This document shows positions 1 to 8,792 of a DNA stretch of 64,000 nt, in pieces. The DNA comes from a bacterium (GTDB taxonomy: Bacteria > UBA8248 > JACPRG01 > G963555815). The stretch is taken from NCBI GenBank assembly GCA_965261595.1, contig CBDHDG010000002.1, forward strand, positions 289,550 to 353,549, read 5' to 3'. The position numbers and the translations under genes were made by a program. Position 1 is the first letter of the stretch, and each line of letters starts with the position of its first letter. The notes under the pieces are model-generated. The model had not been told where the DNA came from and made no database searches. It was given only the letters and a program-made list of their open reading frames with translations.

Positions 1-1083
1 GCCCAGGACGATGCCTCGGGCGTCCCGCACGAACCGCTCGACCGGAAACTCCTTATTGTAGCCCCACCCGCCGTGCATCTGGAGCGCCCAATCGGTCACC
101 TTCAGGGCTACCTCGTTGGCGAACAGCTTCGCCGTCGAGGACTCGAAGCGGGAGGGGAACCCGTCGGCCGCGTTGACGGCGGCCCGATACGTCAGCAACC
201 GGGCGGCCTCGATTTGCGTCGCCATGTCGGAGATCATCCAGCGGATTCCCTGGAAGTCGGAGACGGGGTGGCCGTAGGGCGCGCGCACCTGGACGTATTC
301 GACGGCGGCGTTGAACGCCCCCTGGGCGATCCCGGTCGAGATGGCCGCGTTCAGGCACCGCTGGCCGTTGAAGGCCGTCATGATCTTGCGGAACCCGCCC
401 TCCGGGACCAGGACATCATCCTCGCCGATGGGGCAGTCCTCGAAGATCACCTCCCGCGAGGGGCAGCCCCGGAAGCCCATCATCTCCTCCGGCTTGCCGA
501 AGGACAGGCCGGGCGTCCCTTCGTCCACGAGGACGGCCCCGATCCCGTCGAGGCCCGGCGTTCCGTTGAACCGGGTGAACACCATGTAGACCCCGCACTC
601 GCCCGCCCGGCTGGTCATGGCCTTGCGGCCCTTGAGGCGGTATCCGTCATCGGTCCGCGTGGCGTTGGTCGTGATCCGGGTCGTGGCCGAGCCGGCGTCG
701 GGCTCGGTGATCGAGATGGCGGTGAGGATCTCTCCCTTGGCGATCCGGGGCAGATATTTCTCTTGTTGGGCTTTCGTCCCGTAGTGATTGAGGAGCTGGG
801 TGCAGATGCCGAGCTCCGCCATCAGGACCATCGCCGTGCTGGGGCATACGCGGGCGATTTCCTCGCAGACGAGGACGGCCTCGAAGCCGCCCAGGCCCAT
901 GCCGCCGTATGCCTCCGGGACAGTCAGGCCCATGATCCCCAGCTCGGCCGCGCGGCGGACCGTGTCCCAGGGGATGGCGAGGCGCTCGGACGTCTCGATC
1001 GCCTTGGGCTCCAGCTCTTTGTCCGCGTATTCGGCGACCATCTTCCGCAGGAGGCGTTGGGATTCGGTCAGGTGAAAATCCAT
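1..1083 (-). CDS. Acyl-CoA dehydrogenase family protein (3' end outside window)
   Basis: Absent from the ORF track because it has no stop in the window. Manual translation from ATG 1083: MDFHLTESQRLLRKMVAEYADKELEPKA...; near the window edge STAKLFANEVALKVTDWALQMHGGWGYNKEFPVERFVRDAR, the typical ACAD C-terminal motif. Confidence 0.92.
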   Translation of the reverse strand, partial: MDFHLTESQRLLRKMVAEYADKELEPKAIETSERLAIPWDTVRRAAELGIMGLTVPEAYGGMGLGGFEAVLVCEEIARVCPSTAMVLMAELGICTQLLNHYGTKAQQEKYLPRIAKGEILTAISITEPDAGSATTRITTNATRTDDGYRLKGRKAMTSRAGECGVYMVFTRFNGTPGLDGIGAVLVDEGTPGLSFGKPEEMMGFRGCPSREVIFEDCPIGEDDVLVPEGGFRKIMTAFNGQRCLNAAISTGIAQGAFNAAVEYVQVRAPYGHPVSDFQGIRWMISDMATQIEAARLLTYRAAVNAADGFPSRFESSTAKLFANEVALKVTDWALQMHGGWGYNKEFPVERFVRDARGIVLG

Positions 1084-1105
1084 GGGCTCCTCACACGTTT
1101 CGGCG

Positions 1106-1786
1106 TCAGGTCCTCCCGACCGGGCGGAGGGCCGAGGGGCCTTCCCGCATCCGTTCGAGAACGTTCTCCTTGTTTTTCTTCAAGTGGCGTTTCAGGGCCG
1201 GGCGTGCCCGGCCCAGGTCCCGGGTCTCCAGGGCGGCCAGGAGGGCCTGGTGCTCCGCCAGCGCCTCGATGCCCCGGTCCGGGGACAGTCCGTCGATCCG
1301 TCGCTTCAGGTTGATCCGGTCGAAGACCCGCTCAAGCGTTACGACCAGGGCGCCGTTGCCGGAAATCCCGGCCAGGGCCAGATGGAACGCGCGGTCGCGG
1401 TGAAGGCGGTCCGCGCCGCTTCCCCGGGTGACGGCCCGGCGATAGGCGTCCTGGCAGCCGCGGAGGGCGCGCAGGGCGGCGCCATCGAGGGCCTCGACGT
1501 TTCGCCGCAGGGCGTGGACCTCCAGGGCCTCGCGGATCTCGAGGAGGTCCTCGACTTCCTTCCGGGAGAAATCCGAGACGAAATAGCCCCGGTTCCGGAC
1601 GTGGCGGACGTAGCCTTCCTGGGACAGCTTGCCGAAGGCCTCGCGCAGGGGTGTGTGGCTGACGCCGAGCCGCTCGGCCAGGGCCTGGTGGGAGAGCTTG
1701 TGGCCGGGGAGGAGCTCGGAGGACAGGATGGCCTCGCGGAGACGGGTGTACACCTCCCGGCTCAGGTCTCTGGTTTTGGCGGCCAT
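1106..1786 (-). CDS. GntR-family (FCD) transcriptional regulator
   Basis: HTH LAERLGVSHTPLREAF and FCD-type DRAFHLAL...EHQALL. ATG 1786 has a GGGAGA RBS (ORF track start 1804). Confidence 0.92.
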   Translation of the reverse strand: MAAKTRDLSREVYTRLREAILSSELLPGHKLSHQALAERLGVSHTPLREAFGKLSQEGYVRHVRNRGYFVSDFSRKEVEDLLEIREALEVHALRRNVEALDGAALRALRGCQDAYRRAVTRGSGADRLHRDRAFHLALAGISGNGALVVTLERVFDRINLKRRIDGLSPDRGIEALAEHQALLAALETRDLGRARPALKRHLKKNKENVLERMREGPSALRPVGRT

Positions 1787-1807
1787 GCGGCGATCTCCCA
1801 TCAATAC

Positions 1808-1844
1808 TTTATAAAATATATTATAAATAATTTGGCCGTGTCAA
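1808..1844 (-). promoter_or_regulatory. Putative sigma70 promoter overlapping a palindromic operator of the gntR-ACAD unit
   Basis: Minus strand TTGACA-N18-TATATT; inverted repeat TTTATAA-N6-TTATAAA at 1808-1827 in an AT-rich patch. Confidence 0.5.
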
Positions 1845-1954
1845 CCGTCGTTGACCCGCAGTGATCCCCGGTTTCTTGGCCTCTGAGTCCGGTGAGGCGT
1901 GTCAGGAGAGATGGGGGCTGTTCAGTGTGATGAACGCAGCCTCTCTCTCCGACG

Positions 1955-2121
1955 GTCATTCCCGCGCAGGCGGGAATCCAGGAGCCCTTTGGGTCGCCTA
2001 CACAGCCCCTGTCTTCTGCGGGGGAAGTCCCCCCATCTGAACCCCTCCCATTCATGGGTTGGTGCGGGCGAGGGAGGACACGCGGGTTAGGAGGCTGGAT
2101 TCCCGCCTGCGCGGGAATGAC
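1955..2121. repeat. Inverted pair of 27-bp REP/dRS3-like palindromic repeats
   Basis: GTCATTCCCGCGCAGGCGGGAATCCAG (1955-1981) and its exact reverse complement (2095-2121); each has an internal ATTCCCGC/GCGGGAAT hairpin. Confidence 0.85.
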
Positions 2122-2383
2122 AGTGAGGCGCGCCTCTCAAGGGGATGCGACGTGAGGGCTCGCATCCCCACCCATCATGGAACGCTTCATCTCAACAGGC
2201 GCGGGGAAACCGGCGATTCCTCAGTTGTTGACCCGATGGACGCATTCGGGACCCGGGATCGGGTGAATGGGCGGGTGTTTTAAAGAACACAAAAATGGCG
2301 GCGGCACTGGCAGGCAAGCTGCGCAGTGGCGCCCTTATTCAGATGACGGGATGACGGAAAACAGCCGGCGCAAAAACCCGGGG

Positions 2384-2764
2384 TTAATCTTCGGCCAACG
2401 GTCTCGACCGCACGTCAGCGGCGTTGCCGGTCGGGGGGGCGAAGATGCCGAGGAACTTCGTGGTCCCCTTGCCCGCGTTGACGTGTTGGTGCTCGACGCC
2501 GGCCGGGATCAGAATGACCTCCCCCGCCTCCGCCCGGTGGAGGGTCTCTCCCGTCTTCACGCCCGCGACGCCCTCCAGGACGATGAGGGCCTCGGCGTGG
2601 CCCCTTGTATGGACCTCCGAGGAGGCGCCCGGCGCCAGCTCCACGTGGTAAAGCTCGAGGCCCGGATGGCCGGTTTCCGGATCGAGGAGGACGCGCGTCC
2701 GCCGGCCCCCGGCGCCCTGATGGGCGGGAACCTCCTGCGGGGAGATGATCCGGATGGATTCCAT
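2384..2764 (-). CDS. Cupin domain protein
   Basis: Cupin motifs HTRGHAEALIVLEG and IPAGVEHQ. Confidence 0.85.
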   Translation of the reverse strand: MESIRIISPQEVPAHQGAGGRRTRVLLDPETGHPGLELYHVELAPGASSEVHTRGHAEALIVLEGVAGVKTGETLHRAEAGEVILIPAGVEHQHVNAGKGTTKFLGIFAPPTGNAADVRSRPLAED

Positions 2765-2771
2765 CGCGCCG

Positions 2772-4127
2772 TTATCCCAGGGCGCGCGGGACGAACCGTC
2801 CCGTTCCCGGCGCGGCGGTGACCTCGCCCCCTTCCATGACGACCTGTCCCCGCAGGACGGTCAGGACGGGCCAGCCCGTGAGGGTCCGGCCGTCGAAGGG
2901 GCTGAAATCCGATCCCTGGTGGAGGTTCTTGTTGGCGTCCACGACCCGGGCCTCTTCCAGGTCGACGACGACGAGGTCCGCGTCCGAGCCGGCCTGAAGG
3001 GTCCCCTTCTTCGGATAGAGGCCGAAGACGCGGGCGGGCTGATGGGCGGTCACGTCGACGATCCGCTCCAGGGACAGGCGGCCCTTGTTCACCCCTTCGC
3101 TCAGGAGGGCCGGGAGCGAAGTTTCGATTCCCGGCATCCCCACGATGGCGGACCACAGGTCTTCTTTGTGGCGGAGGGAAGTGGGCGCGTGGTCGGAGCC
3201 GACGGTGGAGAGGACGCCCCCCGAAAGCCCGTCCCAAAGGGCGTCGGAGTCCGCCGACTCCCGCAGGGGAGGGTTGATCTTCCCGATCACGGGGTCGAAA
3301 TCCTTCGTCAGCGTCAGGTACTGGGGACAGGTCTCCCCGATGACGCGCTTTCCGCGGGCCCGGGCCTCCCGGACGATCCGCACGCCCTCCCGGATGGTGA
3401 TGTGAACGATGTAGAGGGGACACCCGGCGGCGTCGGCCAGGACGATGGCCCGGTTCATGGCCTCCTCTTCGCAGAAGGGGGGGCGGGTCTCCGTCCAGGC
3501 GACGTCGCTCCGGCCGCTCGCCTTGAGCTCGTCCCGCAGGCCGAAGAAGACCTCGATGTTTTCGGCGTGGACCAGGGCGACGGCCCCCGGGCCGAGCCGG
3601 CCCACCTCGCGGAAGCCCCGGAACAGGATGCCGTCATCGATGCCCTGAAGGGGCGGCTTCGCCTCCTCCCCCCGGTAGGACATCCAGAACTTGAACGAGG
3701 TGACCCCTTGCCGGGCCAGCTCGGGGATTTCGCGGATGTGCCCTTCGCTGACGATGCCGCCGTGGAAGGTCCCGTCGGAATGCGCGTGGGCGTCGAACAG
3801 GGTTTTCATCTCGGCGAAGTGTTCGAGGAGGCTCCCGGTGGAGAGGATGAAATGGATGAGCGTCGTTGTGCCGCCCGCGAGGGCGGCCCGGCTGGAAATG
3901 GGGATGGCCTCCTCCATGGGCCAGTCGGGCCAGTGCATGTGGACGTGGGGGTCGATCCGGCCCGGCAGGACGTACTTGCCGCGGGCGTCGATCTCCCTTT
4001 TGCCGGCGATTGTTTCGCCGGGCGTCGCGATGGCCGCGATCGTCTCGCCCCGGACGCCGAGGTCCGCTTCGACTCTTCCCCAAGGATGAACCAGGGTTCC
4101 GCCCCGGATGACGAGGTCGTAGCTCAT
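2772..4127 (-). CDS. Dihydropyrimidinase/hydantoinase/allantoinase-like cyclic amidohydrolase
   Basis: PGRIDPHVH, SFKFWMSY (carboxylated Lys position), VHAEN, VHIT, NPPLR, SDHAP, PKKGTL. Confidence 0.9.
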   Translation of the reverse strand: MSYDLVIRGGTLVHPWGRVEADLGVRGETIAAIATPGETIAGKREIDARGKYVLPGRIDPHVHMHWPDWPMEEAIPISSRAALAGGTTTLIHFILSTGSLLEHFAEMKTLFDAHAHSDGTFHGGIVSEGHIREIPELARQGVTSFKFWMSYRGEEAKPPLQGIDDGILFRGFREVGRLGPGAVALVHAENIEVFFGLRDELKASGRSDVAWTETRPPFCEEEAMNRAIVLADAAGCPLYIVHITIREGVRIVREARARGKRVIGETCPQYLTLTKDFDPVIGKINPPLRESADSDALWDGLSGGVLSTVGSDHAPTSLRHKEDLWSAIVGMPGIETSLPALLSEGVNKGRLSLERIVDVTAHQPARVFGLYPKKGTLQAGSDADLVVVDLEEARVVDANKNLHQGSDFSPFDGRTLTGWPVLTVLRGQVVMEGGEVTAAPGTGRFVPRALG

Positions 4128-4169
4128 GGTCCGCCTCCTACGGCAAAAATGGCTTGTTGAAAGATCGGC

Positions 4170-5150
4170 TCAGGCCCGAAGCGCCGGGATCACTTCCCGG
4201 CCGAACAGCCGCACGCTCTCGACTTCCCCATTGAAAGGAAGGTGTTTGACGATGAAGTGGTTGACGCCGATGTCGAGGAAGCGCTCCAGGCGCCGGACAA
4301 TGTCCTCGGGTGTGCCGATGAGGGTTTTGTCCGCGAGCTCTTCCGGGCTGAGGTTCTCGTCGTGGTGGAGGGTGAAATACGGCGCGACTTTGGCGAGCTC
4401 GCGCTGGATCACGTCCTTGTCCCGCGTACAGCATCCGTAAAAGCCGACGCCCCAGAGCATCTCTTCCGGGTCCCGCCCGAGCTCGGCCGCGCGGGCCTTG
4501 ACGGCGGCCATGCCCTCGGTCATCTGGTCGATCCGGCCGCCCCAGGGCATCCAGCCCCGGGCGTGTTTCGCGACCCGTTCCAGCGTCTTCCCCACGTCTC
4601 CGCCCGATACGATGGGCGGCCCCCCCGGCGTGTAGGGCTTCGGCTCGAACGACACGTTTTCAAACTGGTAGTGTTTGCCCTCGTAGCTGACGTTGTCCCG
4701 CGTGAAGAGGGCGTTCAGGATTTCTAGCGCTTCGTTGGTCATGCTCCCGCGCTTGGCGTAGGGAACGCCGCAGGCGTCGAACTCGGGCCGGTACCCGCCG
4801 ACCCCGAACCCCAGAATGAGCCGCCCCTTCGTGGCGTGATCGAGTGTCGAGATGAGGTTCGCCAGGTGGATGGGGTGGCGCATGGGAAAGAGCAGGACCG
4901 ACGTCCCGAGGGCGATCCGCTCGGTGATGGAGCTGAGGGCCGCCAGGACCAGGGTGGCCTCGAAGATTCCCTTCGTCCCGAAGGCGGCGCTGAGACCGGG
5001 GGGCGCGAGAAAGTGGTCCGCCACCCAGGCGGAGTCGAAGTCAAGCGCTTCCGCTTCACGGGCCAGGGTGCGCAGATGGTCGAAGTCCACGACCGGGTAG
5101 CCGTCGTTGGGCAGCAGGAGTCCGAAATGGGGCGTCGGGCGGTTGGTCAC
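4170..5150 (-). CDS. LLM-class (luciferase-like) flavin/F420-dependent oxidoreductase
   Basis: AEALDFDSAWVADH, LGTSV, TLDHATKGRLILGFGVG, PKP...PPI. Confidence 0.9.
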   Translation of the reverse strand: MTNRPTPHFGLLLPNDGYPVVDFDHLRTLAREAEALDFDSAWVADHFLAPPGLSAAFGTKGIFEATLVLAALSSITERIALGTSVLLFPMRHPIHLANLISTLDHATKGRLILGFGVGGYRPEFDACGVPYAKRGSMTNEALEILNALFTRDNVSYEGKHYQFENVSFEPKPYTPGGPPIVSGGDVGKTLERVAKHARGWMPWGGRIDQMTEGMAAVKARAAELGRDPEEMLWGVGFYGCCTRDKDVIQRELAKVAPYFTLHHDENLSPEELADKTLIGTPEDIVRRLERFLDIGVNHFIVKHLPFNGEVESVRLFGREVIPALRA

Positions 5151-5180
5151 GGGGGCATCCTCCGTTGAGCGGGCGGGGCC

Positions 5181-6101
5181 TTAGGCCGGCTCGGGTGTCT
5201 TCTCGGCAATCAGACCGTAGAGTTCGGGCCGCCGCTCCTCGAAATAAGGAAGGGTGCTCCGGCCCTCGGCGATTTGCGAAAGGTCGAGGGCGGCTCTCAG
5301 TATCATGGGCTCGTCCGGGGGCGCTTCGGCCGACAGTCCGCCCAATGGATCGATCACGCAGCTCCGCCCGAAAAACCGGGTTTCCACCTCCCCCAGCCGC
5401 TCGACCCCCGCCTTGTTGCACGCCGCGACGAAGAACAGGTTCTCCAGCGCCCGCGTCCGGAGCTCGATATGGAACATTTCCTCCGCGGTCGCCAAAGGCG
5501 AAGGAGCCCAGGCCGGAACGTCGGCGACCATGAAGACGACCTCGGCTCCCTGAAGGGCGAGCATCCGCCAGCCCTCGGGGAATCTCCGGTCGTAACAGAC
5601 GAGGAGTCCCACACGCGCCTTGGGGGTGTCGAAGACCGGGAACCCTTCCCCCGCCGAGAAGAATCGGTGCTCGTCCACGCCGGTCTTCGGCGTCGACGCG
5701 AGGTGGGTCTTGGCGAACCGGAGGGCCGGCCGGCCTCCCGGAAGGACGCCTTCCACCGGCCCGCCTCCGGGTCCGAACAGGACCACGCTGTTCAGCCGCT
5801 CTCCCGTTTCGGGGATGAGCTCGTAAAAGGGGTAGACGATGTGGCAATGGAGGCGGCGCGCCCGTTCGGCGACCTCCCCGATCTCCTCGGATTCCAGCGA
5901 CAGGGCCCACGGGACATGGTCCACGCCGGGGTTTCGGGGAAAGTACGAGGTCGTGGACAGCTCGTTGAGGCAGATGAAGTCGGGAGAGCCGGCGGCGGCC
6001 TCGTCGATCAGCCGGAGGTTCTCGGCGAGATTGGCGTCGAGGTCCGTTCCGGCGGGGCCTCTTTGGATGAGCGCGACTTGAAGGGTTCGCTCGTGACTCA
6101 C
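5181..6101 (-). CDS. Carbon-nitrogen hydrolase (nitrilase superfamily; N-carbamoyl amidohydrolase/ureidopropionase-like)
   Basis: Glu-Lys-Cys triad: CLNEL, AKTHL, VCYDRRFPE. Probable start GTG 6101 (ORF track 6191). Confidence 0.9.
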   Translation of the reverse strand: MSHERTLQVALIQRGPAGTDLDANLAENLRLIDEAAAGSPDFICLNELSTTSYFPRNPGVDHVPWALSLESEEIGEVAERARRLHCHIVYPFYELIPETGERLNSVVLFGPGGGPVEGVLPGGRPALRFAKTHLASTPKTGVDEHRFFSAGEGFPVFDTPKARVGLLVCYDRRFPEGWRMLALQGAEVVFMVADVPAWAPSPLATAEEMFHIELRTRALENLFFVAACNKAGVERLGEVETRFFGRSCVIDPLGGLSAEAPPDEPMILRAALDLSQIAEGRSTLPYFEERRPELYGLIAEKTPEPA

Positions 6102-6243
6102 TCGATGCCCCCCGTTCGTTGCGGGCGATGGTCCGTGAAGCCGCCCGGCGGTTCTCAACCGGTCCGGCGAGGAAAGGCGCGAGTCCCCCACGCTTCAATT
6201 CGGCCGATGGTTGAATGGTAAGGACTCGGAGATCCGATACATC

Positions 6244-6273
6244 AAGCTAGCAAACCGGGGAAAAAGGTGTCAA
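6244..6273 (-). promoter_or_regulatory. Putative sigma70 promoter of the leftward nitrilase-LLM-amidohydrolase-cupin operon
   Basis: Minus strand TTGACA-N18-TAGCTT with an extended TGn; a back-to-back TTGACA lies at 6277-6282 on the plus strand. Confidence 0.45.
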
Positions 6274-6550
6274 GGATTGACATGCGGGGGAAAAAGGGGG
6301 AGGTGCGGCCTGATTTGAAAATTGTCAGCCGGAAGCCGGACCGGCCCCGGTTTTGTGGACGCCTCTTTCGTCTGTTACGGTGTCGGGTGTCCACGAGACC
6401 GGGTCAACCCCGGAATCGTCCGGATATGATTTGTTGCTTCCGGTTATCCGATGTATAAGGAGGATTCAGCCATTCGGCGGCGGTCGACGCGCAGAGGTCT
6501 CGGGTGCCGGACCCTTTTCATCGAGTACACAAGTTCAAGGGGTTTGTCTC

Positions 6551-7243
6551 GTGCGGAAGATCATCGATTTGAGCCTCATCGTGGAAGAAGGCATCCTGAT
6601 GCCGTTCCTCAAGGAAAGGGACGAGGCTTTCGTCCTGGACGTGGTGAAGACGCATGACTCCGGACCGGCGCACGGAACCGTTGTGGAGATGTACCTGCAT
6701 GTCGGCACGCATGTCGATGCCCCCCTCCACTTCGTCCGGGGCGGAGACACGATCGATCAGATCCCCTTGGACCGGCTCGTCGGCGACGCCCTCGCCCTCG
6801 ACCTGCTCCACAAGGAGGGGGTCGTGCCGATCGAAAAGGCGGACCTGGAGGAGGCGGTGGAGAAGCTTCGCCGGGAGGGGATGGAGCACAAGGCGGGGGA
6901 CATGGTCCTCATCTGCACGGGACATCATGAGCGGCACTGGGGGAGTCTGGATTACTGGAAGTTTTCGCCCTACGTGACCGAAGAGGCAGCCCAGTGGATC
7001 GTCGATCAGGGATTTTCCGCCGTGGGGTTCGATTTCATGCAGGACATCCCCCAGGAACAGCAGGACCCCAAAGCCCCGGGACCCATCCACCGCATCATCC
7101 TGGGGAACTCTCTCTACAATATTGAGTACATTACAGGTTTGGACCGGGTGGCGGGCAAGAAGATTTGGCTCTCGGCGGCGCCGGTTTTGTTCAAAGGGGT
7201 GGAGGGGGCGCCCGCGCGGGTGTACGCCGTCGTGGAGGAGTGA
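6551..7243 (+). CDS. Cyclase family protein (kynurenine formamidase-like metal hydrolase)
   Basis: HVGTHVDAPLHF motif (HxGTHxDxPxH) and C-terminal GAPARVYA; start GTG 6551. Confidence 0.9.
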   Translation: MRKIIDLSLIVEEGILMPFLKERDEAFVLDVVKTHDSGPAHGTVVEMYLHVGTHVDAPLHFVRGGDTIDQIPLDRLVGDALALDLLHKEGVVPIEKADLEEAVEKLRREGMEHKAGDMVLICTGHHERHWGSLDYWKFSPYVTEEAAQWIVDQGFSAVGFDFMQDIPQEQQDPKAPGPIHRIILGNSLYNIEYITGLDRVAGKKIWLSAAPVLFKGVEGAPARVYAVVEE

Positions 7244-7296
7244 TCCGGCGAACGGATGCGGGCGCCGACGGGGGCTGAGGTTTGGAGGATTCGCCC

Positions 7297-8679
7297 ATGT
7301 CGTTCGATGACCCAAGGGATTTTCTGGCGCGTCTGGAAGGGGAAGGGGACCTGATCCGGATCTCCGAGCCGGTGGACGCCCGCTTCGAGATCTCGGCGTA
7401 CATCCGGAAGACCTCGGACCAGCAGGGGCCGGCGCTCCTCTTCGAGCGGGTTAAGGGGCGCGACATCCCCGTCGTCGGGGGGATTTTCGCCGCGCGCCGC
7501 AGGGTGTTGCGGGCCCTGGGGTTCAAGTCCGAGGAGGCCGTCGAGCGATTCCGCCAAGCGGCCGACCATCCCATCGCCCCCGTCCTCGTCGACGAGGGTC
7601 CCTGCCAGGAGGTGGTTTACGAGGGGGACGCGGTCGACCTGACCCGGCTCCCCATCCCCACCTACAGTCCCCAGGACGGGGGGGCCTTCATCACCCACGG
7701 GATCGAGATCACCAAGGACCCGGAAACCGGGGAGAAGAACGCGGGCATCTACCGCATGCAGCTCCAGGGCCGGAACCGGCTCGGGATCTTCGCCAACGTC
7801 CAGCAACACTGTTACATCCACTACACCAAGGCGGAGAAGAAGGGAGAGGCCCTGGAGATCGCTGTGGCCCTCGGGGTGGACCCGGTCGTCATGCTGGGGA
7901 CGCAGGTGAAGGCCCCGTACGGAACGGACGAGCTGAGCGTCGCCGGAGGTCTCCGGGGGGAGGCGGTCCCGGTGGTGAAGTGCCGGACCGTGGACCTCGA
8001 AGTTCCGGCGATGAGCGAGATCGTGATCGAGGGCCGGATGCTGCCCGGCATCCGGGAGGCGGAAGGGCCCTTCGGCGAGTTCTCCGGCTACTACGGCCCC
8101 GGCGACCGGCGTCCGGTCATCGAGGTGAGCGCCGTCACCCACCGGCGCTCCCCCATCTTTCACGCGGGGCTGACGGGCGTCCCGATGACGGAGAACCACT
8201 TCCTGAAGCAGATCCCCAACGAGGTCACCGTTTTTCGGGACCTCAGCGCCAAGTTCCCCGAGGTCAAGGCGGTTCACTTTCCGGCGTCGGGATGCAGCGA
8301 GTACCACTGCTACGTCTCGATGACGCCGCGTTACAAGGGACAGCCCCGAAACGTCATCCTCGCCGCCCTGGGGAGCGCCAAGCGGCCGAAGCTGGTGGTT
8401 GTGGTGGACGAGGACATCGATATCTTCGATGACGTGAAGGTCCTCTGGGCGGTCGGCACCCGGATGCAGGCGGACCGGGACGTGATCATCGTGCCTGCCG
8501 CCGGCGGCGGCCCCCTCGACCCCTCGGCGCCCGAGCCGAACCTGTCGGCCATGATGGGGATCGACGCCACGCGCCCCTTCGGGGAGGAATTCCCGGATGT
8601 GCCGGAGGTCCCCGGCGTCGAGAACGTCCCCGACCTGCTGGCCCTGGCGCGTCTGCGGGGAACCGCGGCCGGCCCTTGA
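7297..8679 (+). CDS. UbiD-family prenylated-FMN-dependent (de)carboxylase
   Basis: NAGIYRMQ, EIVIEG, EGPFGEFSGYY, VVVDEDIDIFD, LDPS, GIDAT; GGAGGA RBS before ATG 7297. Confidence 0.93.
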   Translation: MSFDDPRDFLARLEGEGDLIRISEPVDARFEISAYIRKTSDQQGPALLFERVKGRDIPVVGGIFAARRRVLRALGFKSEEAVERFRQAADHPIAPVLVDEGPCQEVVYEGDAVDLTRLPIPTYSPQDGGAFITHGIEITKDPETGEKNAGIYRMQLQGRNRLGIFANVQQHCYIHYTKAEKKGEALEIAVALGVDPVVMLGTQVKAPYGTDELSVAGGLRGEAVPVVKCRTVDLEVPAMSEIVIEGRMLPGIREAEGPFGEFSGYYGPGDRRPVIEVSAVTHRRSPIFHAGLTGVPMTENHFLKQIPNEVTVFRDLSAKFPEVKAVHFPASGCSEYHCYVSMTPRYKGQPRNVILAALGSAKRPKLVVVVDEDIDIFDDVKVLWAVGTRMQADRDVIIVPAAGGGPLDPSAPEPNLSAMMGIDATRPFGEEFPDVPEVPGVENVPDLLALARLRGTAAGP

Positions 8680-8792
8680 GACTTGCGGGTCCGCGCGAAC
8701 GGCATTTCATCGACGCGGCCTGAAATCGCCCGCTCGAAATTACCCATTCGGGTCGGGCGGGTTGCCGAAAGCATGTGAACCGGAGGTGATCG

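Noticed and set aside
73..1864. Long plus-strand ORFs 73..1314 and 1082..1864
   Set aside because: Antisense shadows of the ACAD and GntR genes; typical of high-GC DNA, with no motifs.
1841..2240. Possible larger degenerate inverted repeat (MITE) around the 27-bp REP pair
   Set aside because: Outer similarity is limited to short patches such as CCGGTTTC/GAAACCGG, with no TSD identifiable by eye.
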